DNA of 64,000 nucleotides from Pseudomonadota bacterium (lineage in GTDB: Bacteria > Pseudomonadota > Alphaproteobacteria > Rhizobiales > Xanthobacteraceae), in the NCBI GenBank assembly GCA_023442085.1, contig JAEZMT010000085.1:302-64301 (forward strand). The letters are read 5' to 3'. The notes beneath the pieces were generated by a model that saw only the letters and a list, made by a program, of their open reading frames with translations, was not told the origin of the DNA and searched no databases. A program made the position numbers and the translations under genes. Below, piece after piece: positions 1 through 9,047 of the stretch; the first letter of the stretch is position 1, and every line of letters starts with the position of its first letter.

Positions 1-55
1 ACCTTCCCACGAGAGGTCAAGCTGGGCAGGTCCCGCTCAACCGCGGCCGGCCGGA

Positions 56-808
56 TCAGGCCGTCTTCTGTCTGGCGGAGGCCAGAACGTGAGCGCGATA
101 GGCGACGATGCGCGCCTTGAGGCCGTCACGGGCGGCGGAGCGGCAAAGGTCCGCCAGCTCCGCATCGGCATGCCCCACCTTGGTGGCTCCGCGCAGGGCG
201 GCCACTGTCTGCGGGTCGAGGCGCTTTGCCTCTCGCGCGAGGGTGGCGAGCGCGGCATCGATGCCATCCTCCGCGATCTGCTCCGTCACGAGACCGATGG
301 ACTGGGCGCGAGCCGTGTCGACCGCATCCCCGCGCAACAGGATGCTGCGGGCACGGTCGCGACCGATGCGGCTGGCAAGGCGGGCGGTACCGAGCACCAG
401 TCCGAAGCCGGAGCCGGGAAACGCGAAACGGGGCGTCTCTACCGCTATGCGATGATCACAGGCCGCGAAGAGATCGGCGCCCGCCCCGAACACGCTGCCA
501 CGCCCGAGCGCCACGGTCACGACCGGCGCATCGAACACCTTGCGCAGAAAGCCTTCGATGGTCACGAAACGCAGCAGCAGGTCGCCGTCGCTCTCGCTGT
601 CGAGATCGGACAAGTCGAAGCCGGTGCAGAAATGGCGCCCCGCACCCTCGAACACGACCAGCCGCGCGCCCTGCGCGACGGCGGCATCGAAGGCGTGATC
701 AAGGTCGCGTACCGCGGCCCCGCTGAGGGCATTGCCCTTCTCCGGCCGGCTCAGAACGATGCGACAGATGGCGTCGTCGAGAGACCAGGTCAGAGTGGCG
801 TCAGCCAT
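56..808 (-). CDS. Enoyl-CoA hydratase/isomerase (crotonase) family protein
   Basis: LSRPEKGNALS, FCTGFDL oxyanion loop, GAGADLFAACDHRIA; start set at ATG 808 (MADATL) after GAAGGAA. Confidence 0.85.
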   Translation of the reverse strand: MADATLTWSLDDAICRIVLSRPEKGNALSGAAVRDLDHAFDAAVAQGARLVVFEGAGRHFCTGFDLSDLDSESDGDLLLRFVTIEGFLRKVFDAPVVTVALGRGSVFGAGADLFAACDHRIAVETPRFAFPGSGFGLVLGTARLASRIGRDRARSILLRGDAVDTARAQSIGLVTEQIAEDGIDAALATLAREAKRLDPQTVAALRGATKVGHADAELADLCRSAARDGLKARIVAYRAHVLASARQKTA

Positions 809-880
809 GATGGTTTTCCTTCGTCGGCAATCAGAATGCTCTCTCGCGCACAACCGAGCGCAAGACACTATATAGAATAC

Positions 881-899
881 TGTTCTAAATAATAAAACA
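881..899. promoter_or_regulatory. Palindromic operator copy 1 (TGTTCTAAATAATAAAACA)
   Basis: 18/19 identical to the palindrome at 1246-1264; AT-rich patch upstream of the crotonase. Confidence 0.65.
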
Positions 900-1245
900 A
901 GGTGCAGTCTTGGGCATGCCCACGGTCCGAATCCCCGCGGCCGACCACGCTGGCTGCCTCAAGCGGCACGCACAGGGCTCAAGCCCCCAAGACCTGAAGG
1001 AGCGCTAACGAGCCATGAGACAGGCAGGCGACCTATCCCTTTTCTCGCCTTCACAAAAACGCGGCGGCGCTATGATGAAAATGAAGGCACCGATGCCTAT
1101 AGGCAGGGGCTTAGCGCGAGCCTGCGAGCAGCACGGCACTCGTTTCACAGACGGTCGATCTTGAAACTCCTGAGCCTGATTTTCGCGCAGGCTTAGCCCT
1201 TGCTCACCGCCGCACCCTGGCCTATCGTACTGACATGTGAATTAA

Positions 1246-1264
1246 TGTTCTAAATAATAGAACA
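1246..1264. promoter_or_regulatory. Palindromic operator copy 2 (TGTTCTA-AATAA-TAGAACA), IclR-like shape
   Basis: Perfect 7-bp inverted arms with 5-bp spacer upstream of the ABC operon. Confidence 0.7.
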
Positions 1265-1411
1265 AAATCCAGAGGAAGACGAGTTGATGGCCATTCTGCG
1301 CATCACCCGCCGGGGCGAGCAGGCAGACGGGTTGCCACAAGGCGAACCATGCTCCGGCATGGCCGAGCCTTCGGGGCTTTCGGTGGTTTTCCGGCTTGAG
1401 GGCGACGCGCG

Positions 1412-2398
1412 ATGAGCGCCGGCGTCTCGCTGCAATACATCGTCCGCCGGGTGCTTTATGCGATCCCGGTGGTCTTCGGCGTCATCATCCTCGCCTTCCT
1501 GCTGCTGCAACTTGCGCCTGGCGACCTCGCGACTGTCCTCGCCGGCGATTCCGGAGGCGCGCCGCCCGGCTATATTGATGAATTGCGGAGCCGTTACGGA
1601 CTAGACCAGCCCGTCCTCGTGCAGCTGGCGCTCTATATCAAAAACGTCGCCATGTTCGACCTCGGCTTTTCCTTCCGTCACAACATGCCGGTTCTTGATC
1701 TGCTCATGTCGCGGATCGGCCCGACCTTTCTCCTGATGGGCACCGCCCTCGTGATGTCGGTTGCGCTCGGCGTGCTGGCCGGCGTGGTGGCGGCGCTCAA
1801 TGTCCGCACCTGGAAGGACCATCTGATTTCCGTGGCCGCGACGCTCGTCTACGCCATTCCGCTGTTCTGGGTCGGCCTGATGCTGATCCTCATCTTCTCG
1901 ATCAAGCTCGATCTCCTGCCCACGTCGGGGATGGAGGACGTCGCCGCATTTTATGAGGGCTTCGATCGGGTGAAGGACATCGCCTGGCACCTGATCTTGC
2001 CCGCCTGCACGCTCGCCTTGTTCTACACGGCGCTCTACGCCCGACTGATGCGCGCGAGCATGCTTGAGCAATACGGCATGGAGTACGTCACGACCGCGCG
2101 CGCGAAGGGCCTGACAGAGCGCCGGATCGGCGTCGGCCACGTCCTGCGCAACGCCCTGTTGCCTGTGGTCACCATGGTGGGTGTGCAGGCCGGCGCCCTT
2201 CTCGGCGGCTCCATCGTGGTGGAGAGCATCTTCGCCTGGCCCGGCCTCGGGATGCTGGCCTTCGAGGCGCTGCAGTCCCGTGATTACAATCTTCTGCTCG
2301 GCATTCTGTTCGTCTCTGCCGTCATGGTGGTGGTGGTCAATCTGATCGTCGATATCCTCTACGGGGTGCTCGATCCGCGGATCGAGGTGGCGAAATGA
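1412..2398 (+). CDS. Peptide/nickel ABC transporter permease (DppB/OppB family)
   Basis: LAPGD..., YGLDQP, YVTTARAKGL loop, HVLRNALLP, ESIFAWPGLG. Confidence 0.92.
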   Translation: MSAGVSLQYIVRRVLYAIPVVFGVIILAFLLLQLAPGDLATVLAGDSGGAPPGYIDELRSRYGLDQPVLVQLALYIKNVAMFDLGFSFRHNMPVLDLLMSRIGPTFLLMGTALVMSVALGVLAGVVAALNVRTWKDHLISVAATLVYAIPLFWVGLMLILIFSIKLDLLPTSGMEDVAAFYEGFDRVKDIAWHLILPACTLALFYTALYARLMRASMLEQYGMEYVTTARAKGLTERRIGVGHVLRNALLPVVTMVGVQAGALLGGSIVVESIFAWPGLGMLAFEALQSRDYNLLLGILFVSAVMVVVVNLIVDILYGVLDPRIEVAK

Positions 2399-3222
2399 GA
2401 CAGTCGTTTCGTGCGCGTTTCCTTGGCGATCCCCGTGTCCAGTTCAGCCTGCTGTGGCTGGCGGTGGTCGTCCTCTGCGCCGCCTTCGCCCAGGTACTGG
2501 CGCCGCTCGATCCCTTCGCCATCACCGGCAAGCCGTTCACGCCGCCATTTCACGGGAGCGTATTCGGCACCGACGCCCTTGGCCGCGACATCCTGGCCGG
2601 GCTGATCTACGGCTCGCGCGCCACCCTCCTCGTCGCCCTCATCGCCACCGCCTGCGCCCTCCTGATCGGCACCACGGTGGGTGCGCTGGCCGGCTTTCAC
2701 GAAGGGATGGTCGGCAATGTGCTGATGCGAGTCACCGAACTGTTCCAGACGGTGCCGACCTTCGTCTTCGCCATCGTCCTCGTGGCGCTGCTGTCGCCCT
2801 CGCTCGCGAGCCTGTCCTTCTCCATCGCGGTGGTGAGCTGGCCGCCCATCGCGCGCATCGTGCGGGCCGAGGTGCTGACGCTCAAGACCCGCGACTACAT
2901 CAGCGCGGCGCGGACGCTGGGCCGCTCCAATTCCGGAATCCTCTGGAAGGAGATCCTGCCCAACATCCTGTCGCCGCTGATCGTCACGGGGTCTCTGCTG
3001 ATCGCGACGGCCATCCTCATCGAGAGCGCGCTGGCCTTCCTGGGCCTCGGAGCGCCCAACGTCATGAGCTGGGGCTTCATGGTCGGAGCCGGCCGCAGCT
3101 TCATGCGCGATGCCTGGTGGGTCGTGACCATTCCCGGCATCGCCATCCTGCTCACGGTGCTGTCGATCAACCTCATCGGAGAGGGACTGAACGACGCGCT
3201 GAATCCGAGGCTGGAGGCATGA
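2395..3222 (+). CDS. Peptide/nickel ABC transporter permease (DppC/OppC family)
   Basis: FGTDALGRD, DYISAARTLG, ILPNILSP, GEGLNDALNPR; ATGA overlap with upstream gene. Confidence 0.92.
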   Translation: MRQSFRARFLGDPRVQFSLLWLAVVVLCAAFAQVLAPLDPFAITGKPFTPPFHGSVFGTDALGRDILAGLIYGSRATLLVALIATACALLIGTTVGALAGFHEGMVGNVLMRVTELFQTVPTFVFAIVLVALLSPSLASLSFSIAVVSWPPIARIVRAEVLTLKTRDYISAARTLGRSNSGILWKEILPNILSPLIVTGSLLIATAILIESALAFLGLGAPNVMSWGFMVGAGRSFMRDAWWVVTIPGIAILLTVLSINLIGEGLNDALNPRLEA

Positions 3223-4859
3223 CCCTGAAGCCCGTGCTGCAAATCGAAGAGCTGAGGGTCGGACTTGGCCCCGGCGCCGACAGGCCCTTCGCGGTGGATG
3301 GAATCTCGCTTCAGGTCCAGCCTGGCGAGGTGGTCTGTGTCGTCGGCGAATCCGGGTCCGGCAAGTCGATGATGGCGAAATCCATCCTTCGCCTCCTGTC
3401 ACAACGGCTGTCCGAGCGCAGCAGCGGCCGCATCCTGTTCGAGGATCAGGACCTGCTCGCGGCGCCCGAGGAGACCATGCGTCGCGTGCGGGGCAACCGG
3501 ATCGCGATGGTTTTCCAGGAGCCGATGGTCGCGCTCAATCCGCTGCACCGGGTGGGCCGGCAGGTGGAGGAAATTCTTGAGGTTCACACCGACATGTCGC
3601 GGCGGGAGCGCGCGGCACGGGCCGTGGCTCTGTTCGAGGATGTGCGGCTGCCCAACCCGGCCCTCATCGCGCAGCGCTACCCTCATCAGCTTTCGGGCGG
3701 ACAGCGCCAGCGGGTGATGATCGCCATGGCACTCGCCCTGGAGCCGGCGCTCATCATCGCCGACGAACCGACCACGGCGCTCGACGTGACCACCCAGGCG
3801 CAAATTCTCAAGCTCCTCCGGGATCTCCAGCGCCAGCACGGCACGGCGGTGCTCTTCATCACCCACGACTTCGGCGTGGTGGCGGAGATTGCGGACCGGG
3901 TGGTCGTCATGCACCACGGCCGGATCGTCGAGCAGGGCGCCGCAGCGCAGGTGCTGACCGCGCCGCGCGAGGACTACACCCGCAAGCTGCTCGCGGCGGT
4001 GCCGAGCCTTGCGCCGAAATGCGCCGGCGCCGTGGACGCGGCGGACAAGGCTCAGGCGCAGCCGATCCTGGCCGTGCAAGGGCTCATCAAGACCTATGGC
4101 GGTGGGGTCGGGCTGTTCGGCAAACCCAAGCCGGGCGTCCAGGCCGTGCGCTCGGTGGACTTCTCCATTCCGCGCGGCGGCACCGTTGCGCTCGTCGGCG
4201 AATCCGGGTCCGGCAAATCCACGGTGGCCCGCTGCATCATGGGGCTGGAGCAGCCGGATGCCGGCCGCATCATGCTGGACGAGACCGATCTGGCCTCCCT
4301 CCGCCCGCGGGCGTGGGGGCCGGTCCGGCGCGAGGTGCAGATGATCTTCCAGGATCCATTCGCCTCCCTCAATCCACGGATGAAGGTGGTGGACATCGTG
4401 GGGCTCGGCCCGCGCCTCGCCGGCGTCTCCGCGGAGGAGGCGCGGGCCACCGCCGAGGAGCTGATGGAGCTGGTGGGATTGCGGCGCGACGCCGTCGACC
4501 GCTATCCCCACGCCTTCTCCGGCGGCCAGCGCCAGCGCATCGGCATCGCCCGCGCTCTGGCGATGAAACCGAAGCTCATCGTTGCCGACGAGCCGGTATC
4601 AGCGCTCGATGTCTCGGTGCAGCGCCAGGTTCTCGACCTGCTCGCCGAGCTGCGTCGGTCCCTGTCCCTGTCGATCCTGTTCATCACCCATGACCTTCGC
4701 GTCGCGGCCGATGTCTGCGAGGACATCGTCGTCATGTGCCGGGGCGAGGTCGTCGAGCGGGGCGCCACGGAACAGGTCTTCCGCGCGCCCGCCCACCCCT
4801 ACACCCGCAGCCTGCTCGACAGCGTGCCCGGACGATCCAGCGTCCTCGGCATGGCCTGA
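3219..4859 (+). CDS. Fused double ABC ATPase (DppD-DppF type)
   Basis: Two Walker A (GESGSGKS), [32 protein letters not shown]; true start ATG 3219 (MTLKPV) overlapping the dppC stop. Confidence 0.92.
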   Translation: MTLKPVLQIEELRVGLGPGADRPFAVDGISLQVQPGEVVCVVGESGSGKSMMAKSILRLLSQRLSERSSGRILFEDQDLLAAPEETMRRVRGNRIAMVFQEPMVALNPLHRVGRQVEEILEVHTDMSRRERAARAVALFEDVRLPNPALIAQRYPHQLSGGQRQRVMIAMALALEPALIIADEPTTALDVTTQAQILKLLRDLQRQHGTAVLFITHDFGVVAEIADRVVVMHHGRIVEQGAAAQVLTAPREDYTRKLLAAVPSLAPKCAGAVDAADKAQAQPILAVQGLIKTYGGGVGLFGKPKPGVQAVRSVDFSIPRGGTVALVGESGSGKSTVARCIMGLEQPDAGRIMLDETDLASLRPRAWGPVRREVQMIFQDPFASLNPRMKVVDIVGLGPRLAGVSAEEARATAEELMELVGLRRDAVDRYPHAFSGGQRQRIGIARALAMKPKLIVADEPVSALDVSVQRQVLDLLAELRRSLSLSILFITHDLRVAADVCEDIVVMCRGEVVERGATEQVFRAPAHPYTRSLLDSVPGRSSVLGMA

Positions 4860-4904
4860 GGCTGTCCGTCCACCGCTTCCGCCGATCAACACAAGAGGGG
4901 AACC

Positions 4905-6491
4905 ATGAAGAAGATCATTCTGGGAGCGGCAGGCATCATCGCCGCCGTGCTGGCCTCACCGAACGCCCAGGCGCAGCAGCGGGGCGGGACGCTGGTGATG
5001 GTCACCGAACCCGAACAGGCCACCCTCGCCTCCTACATGAGCACGTCGGCCTCGACCCAGCAGATCACCAGCAAGATCTTCGACGGCCTTCTGGAATACG
5101 GGCCGGACCTGAAGCCCCGTCCGAGCCTTGCCAAAAGCTGGGAAGTGAGCCCGGACGGCCTCACGATCACCTTCAAGCTTCAGGATGGCGTGACCTTCCA
5201 CGACGGCCAGCCCCTGACCTCCGAGGACGTGCGGTTTTCGATCATGGATGTGCTGAAGGTGGTCAATCCGCGCGGCATGAGCACGTTCCGGACCGTGAAG
5301 GCCGTGGAGACGCCGGACGCGCAGACCGTGGTGATGCGCCTCGATGCGCCCTCGCCTGCCCTCCTCATGGCGCTGAGCAGCTCCGAGTCGCCCATCATCC
5401 CGAAGCACATCTACGGTACGGGCGACCTGCGCAGCCATCCGCGCGCCAATGAGCCCATCGGCTCCGGCCCGTTCAAGTTCGTGGAATGGCGGAAGGGGCA
5501 GTTCGTCCGCCTCGACCGCAATCCCAACTACTGGAAGCCCGGCCGCCCCTATCTCGACCGCATCGTCATCCGCACCATCTCCGACCCCGGCACGCGGACC
5601 GCGGCGATCGAGAAGGGTGAGGTGCAGATGGCGGGCACGGCGGCGGTTCCGCTCGGCGACTACAAGCGCCTTCTCGCCAACCCGAGCCTCGAGGTGACCA
5701 CCCGCTCGCACGAGCTGATCTCGCCGGTTTCTGAGATCATGTTCAACATGAAGCGCAAGCCGTTCGACGATGTGCGGGTCCGCAAGGCGATCGCCTACGC
5801 GCTCGACCGCCAGTTCATCCTCGACACCATCTGGTTCGGCGCCGGCAAGGTCGCGACCGGGCCGATCAGCTCCAACTTCGCCCCGTCGGGCCTCTATTCG
5901 GACGCCGTGGAAATCTACCAGCAGCCCGACGGCGTCGAGCGCGCCAACAAGCTGCTGGACGAAGCCGGCTATCCCCGCAAGGAGGACGGCATCCGCTTCA
6001 CCATCACCCACGACGTGATGCCCTATGGCAGCACCTGGGCGCAGCTCGGCGAATATGTGGTCCAGGCGCTTGGCAAGGTCGGCATCAAGGTAGTGCTGCG
6101 GCAGGAGGACCAGCCGCGCTGGCTGAAACGCATTTTCACCGACTACGACTTCGACACCTCCTCCACCTATGCCTTCAACCTGGCCGATCCGGTGATCGGT
6201 GTTCAACGCTTCATCGATTCCGCTTCCATCAAGCCGGGCACAGTGTTCGTGAACGCGACCCGGTTCAGCAATCCGCGCGTGGATGAGCTTCTGCGACTGG
6301 CAGCGACCGAGAACGACCAGACGAAGCGCGGCGCATACTATGCCGAAGTGCAGAAGATCGTCGCGGAAGAGGTTCCGAGTGCCTACCTGCTCGAATTGAA
6401 CTTTCCGGTCGCGATCAACAAGCAGTTCGTGGACGTGCTGACGACCCCGCTCGGCACCTACGGCAATTTCGACTCCGCCTGGAAGAAATAG
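4905..6491 (+). CDS. ABC substrate-binding protein, family 5
   Basis: Signal peptide ending AQA-Q, LAKSWEVSPDGLTITFKLQDGVTFHDG, PIGSGPFKFVEW. Confidence 0.93.
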   Translation: MKKIILGAAGIIAAVLASPNAQAQQRGGTLVMVTEPEQATLASYMSTSASTQQITSKIFDGLLEYGPDLKPRPSLAKSWEVSPDGLTITFKLQDGVTFHDGQPLTSEDVRFSIMDVLKVVNPRGMSTFRTVKAVETPDAQTVVMRLDAPSPALLMALSSSESPIIPKHIYGTGDLRSHPRANEPIGSGPFKFVEWRKGQFVRLDRNPNYWKPGRPYLDRIVIRTISDPGTRTAAIEKGEVQMAGTAAVPLGDYKRLLANPSLEVTTRSHELISPVSEIMFNMKRKPFDDVRVRKAIAYALDRQFILDTIWFGAGKVATGPISSNFAPSGLYSDAVEIYQQPDGVERANKLLDEAGYPRKEDGIRFTITHDVMPYGSTWAQLGEYVVQALGKVGIKVVLRQEDQPRWLKRIFTDYDFDTSSTYAFNLADPVIGVQRFIDSASIKPGTVFVNATRFSNPRVDELLRLAATENDQTKRGAYYAEVQKIVAEEVPSAYLLELNFPVAINKQFVDVLTTPLGTYGNFDSAWKK

Positions 6492-6647
6492 CCGCTCGCG
6501 ACAGGCGCCCGCCTGCATCCGGGACGCCTTGAGCCGCAATTGCGCGGCCGCCGGGAGCACATCTTCCGGCGGCCATCCTTCATCAACGCCTATCGAACCC
6601 CGCCGGGCCGAGCCCGCGCCGCAGGGACGGGACGGAGACACTCGGCG

Positions 6648-8981
6648 ATGGACGCTGACGGGATGACGGACAACACGCGCGTTCTTGGCACGCATTGGGG
6701 AACCTATGTGGCCGGGCGTGGCGTTGCCGAGGGGCTGCCGTTGCGGCCCTTCGGACTCGATCCGGATCCCTCGCCCATCGGCTTCGACCTGCCCGCCGCG
6801 CGGCAGGCGCCCGCGCGCATCCTGCGCCCCAGCGTCCGTCGCTCCGTCCTTGAGGGCCGTGCGGACCACCGGGACTTGCGAGGTGCCGAGCCGTTCGTCG
6901 AGGTGGACTGGGACACCGCGCTCGATCTCGTGGCCCGCGAGATCGACCGGGTGCGGGGGCAGCACGGCAATTCGGCCATCTACGGCGGCTCCTACGGCTG
7001 GGCCAGCGCCGGCCGTTTCCACCACGCACAGAGCCAGATCCACCGCTTTCTCAACTGCGCGGGCGGATATACCCGCTCGGTGCAGAACTACAGCTTCGCG
7101 GCGGGAGCCGTGATGCTGCCGCATGTCATCGGGTCCGTGGAAGGGCTCGCGCACAGGCATACGACCTGGCAGTCGATCCGGGGCGGCAGTTCGCTCGTCG
7201 TCCTATTCGGCGGCCTTCCCATCAGAAACGGACAGGTGGATTCAGGCGGCATCGTCCGGCACCGCCTGCGCGACGAGATCCAGGCCTGCAAGGCCTCGGG
7301 CACGCGGTTCGTGCTGGTCTCGCCCATCCGCCAGGATGCCGATCCGGCGATGGAGGCCGAGTGGCTGGCCCTGCGCCCGGCGACCGACGTCGCTCTGATG
7401 CTTGGGCTTGCCCACGTCCTGATCACCGAAGGGCTTCACGACGAAGCCTTCCTCGCACGCTGCACCGTGGGATTTGACCGCCTCCGGGCCTATGTCCTCG
7501 GCGAAAGCGATGGTTGCCCGAAGACACCGGAATGGGCGAGCGCCATCACGCAGATCGATGCCGACGCCATCCGCGCCTTGGCCCGCGACATGGCCGCCAA
7601 CCAGACCTTCATCATGGTGACCTGGTCGCTTCAGCGCGCCCGCCATGGTGAGCAGCCGATCTGGATGGCCGTGGCCCTCGCGGCTCTTCTCGGCGGCATC
7701 GGGCTCCCCGGCCGGGGCGTCGCCTTCGGCCATGGGTCCATGGGCAACATCGGGTACGACGACATCGGCCTGTCCTGGCCGTCGGTTCCCCAGGGCGAGA
7801 ACCCGGTGACGGACTTCATCCCCGTCGCCCGTATCGCCGACATGCTGCTCCATCCCGGAGAGCCGTTCGACTACGACGGCCAACGCCTTCGCTATCCGGA
7901 CATCCGGCTGGTCTACTGGGCGGGCGGCAACCCGTTCCATCACCACCAGCAGCTCAACCGGCTCATCGAGGCCTGGCGGCGGCCGGAACTCGCCGTCATC
8001 CACGAGGCCTGGTGGAACGCCACCGCACGGCATGCCGACGTGGTGCTGCCAGTCACGACCTTCATGGAGCGCGACGATATCGTTGCCTCGGGTCGCTCCG
8101 GCGAGTTGATCGCTTCCCGGCGCGTGTGCGAGCCTCCGGGCGAATGCCGGGACGACTTCGCCATCTTCGCCGGCCTCGCCGCGCGCCTCGGCTTCGAAGA
8201 ACGCTTCACGGACGGCCGGGACGCGAAAGGCTGGATCTCTTGGCTCTACGAGGATGTGGCGACCCGCGCGGCGGCCGGCGGGCGGCCCCTGCCGGATTTC
8301 GAGCGCTTCTGGTCCGACGGATTTGCCGAACTGGCGCCGCTCGATCCGCCCCGGCCCGAATTCATGTCCCGCTTCTTCGCTGATCCGCTGGCGCATCCGC
8401 TCAGGACGCCATCGGGCAAGATCGAGCTGTTCTCTGAGACCGTGGCGGGCTTCAACTATGACGATTGCCCCGGCCACCCGAGTTGGATCGCGCCGCAGGA
8501 GTGGCTCGGGGCGCCGCTGAGCCGGCGCTTTCCCCTGCACATGCTGTCCAACCAGCCGAGCGACAAGCTGCACAGCCAGTGGGACCATGCTGCCCTTTCC
8601 CGGAGCGGCAAGGTCGCGGATCGCCAGCGCATGCGGATGAACCCGGCCGATGCGGCCGCGCGGGGGTTGAAGTCCGGCGACGTCGCGCGCGCCTTCAACG
8701 ACCGCGGCGCGGTCCTTGCCGGCGTTGAGCTGAGCGCGGATCTCCGTCCGGGCGTCATCGAGCTGCCCACGGGCAGCTGGTTCGATCCCCTCGTTCCGGG
8801 CGAGATCGGCAGCCTCGACAAGCATGGCAACCCCAACGTCCTGACGCAGGATGACGGCACCTCCCGGCTGGCCCAGGGGCCTGCGCCCAACACCTGTCTC
8901 GTCGAGGTGGAGGCATTCGCGGGCGATGTTCCGCCCGTGACCTGCTTCGTTCCGCCGCCGTTCGAGCCACGCCGCCCCTAA
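6648..8981 (+). CDS. Molybdopterin (bis-MGD) oxidoreductase, BisC/DMSO reductase-like S-/N-oxide reductase, no Tat signal
   Basis: THWG N-terminus, YGGSYGW, NYS (Mo-ligand Ser position), WAGGNPFHHHQ, TPSGKIEL, KLHSQ; GGAGA RBS before ATG 6648. Confidence 0.88.
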   Translation: MDADGMTDNTRVLGTHWGTYVAGRGVAEGLPLRPFGLDPDPSPIGFDLPAARQAPARILRPSVRRSVLEGRADHRDLRGAEPFVEVDWDTALDLVAREIDRVRGQHGNSAIYGGSYGWASAGRFHHAQSQIHRFLNCAGGYTRSVQNYSFAAGAVMLPHVIGSVEGLAHRHTTWQSIRGGSSLVVLFGGLPIRNGQVDSGGIVRHRLRDEIQACKASGTRFVLVSPIRQDADPAMEAEWLALRPATDVALMLGLAHVLITEGLHDEAFLARCTVGFDRLRAYVLGESDGCPKTPEWASAITQIDADAIRALARDMAANQTFIMVTWSLQRARHGEQPIWMAVALAALLGGIGLPGRGVAFGHGSMGNIGYDDIGLSWPSVPQGENPVTDFIPVARIADMLLHPGEPFDYDGQRLRYPDIRLVYWAGGNPFHHHQQLNRLIEAWRRPELAVIHEAWWNATARHADVVLPVTTFMERDDIVASGRSGELIASRRVCEPPGECRDDFAIFAGLAARLGFEERFTDGRDAKGWISWLYEDVATRAAAGGRPLPDFERFWSDGFAELAPLDPPRPEFMSRFFADPLAHPLRTPSGKIELFSETVAGFNYDDCPGHPSWIAPQEWLGAPLSRRFPLHMLSNQPSDKLHSQWDHAALSRSGKVADRQRMRMNPADAAARGLKSGDVARAFNDRGAVLAGVELSADLRPGVIELPTGSWFDPLVPGEIGSLDKHGNPNVLTQDDGTSRLAQGPAPNTCLVEVEAFAGDVPPVTCFVPPPFEPRRP

Positions 8982-9047
8982 CGCAATCCCCCGATCACGA
9001 AAGCCGCGAGGCGGCCCGTCAAAAAGCACCCGAGGCGAAAAGCTGGA

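Noticed and set aside
881..1264. GTTC/GAAC motifs as LexA boxes
   Set aside because: The alphaproteobacterial LexA box is a direct repeat GTTC-N7-GTTC; these are inverted repeats
2454..3218. N-terminal extension of the 801-aa ABC ATPase ORF
   Set aside because: Overlaps dppC in another frame; the real start is ATG 3219 with GGAGG
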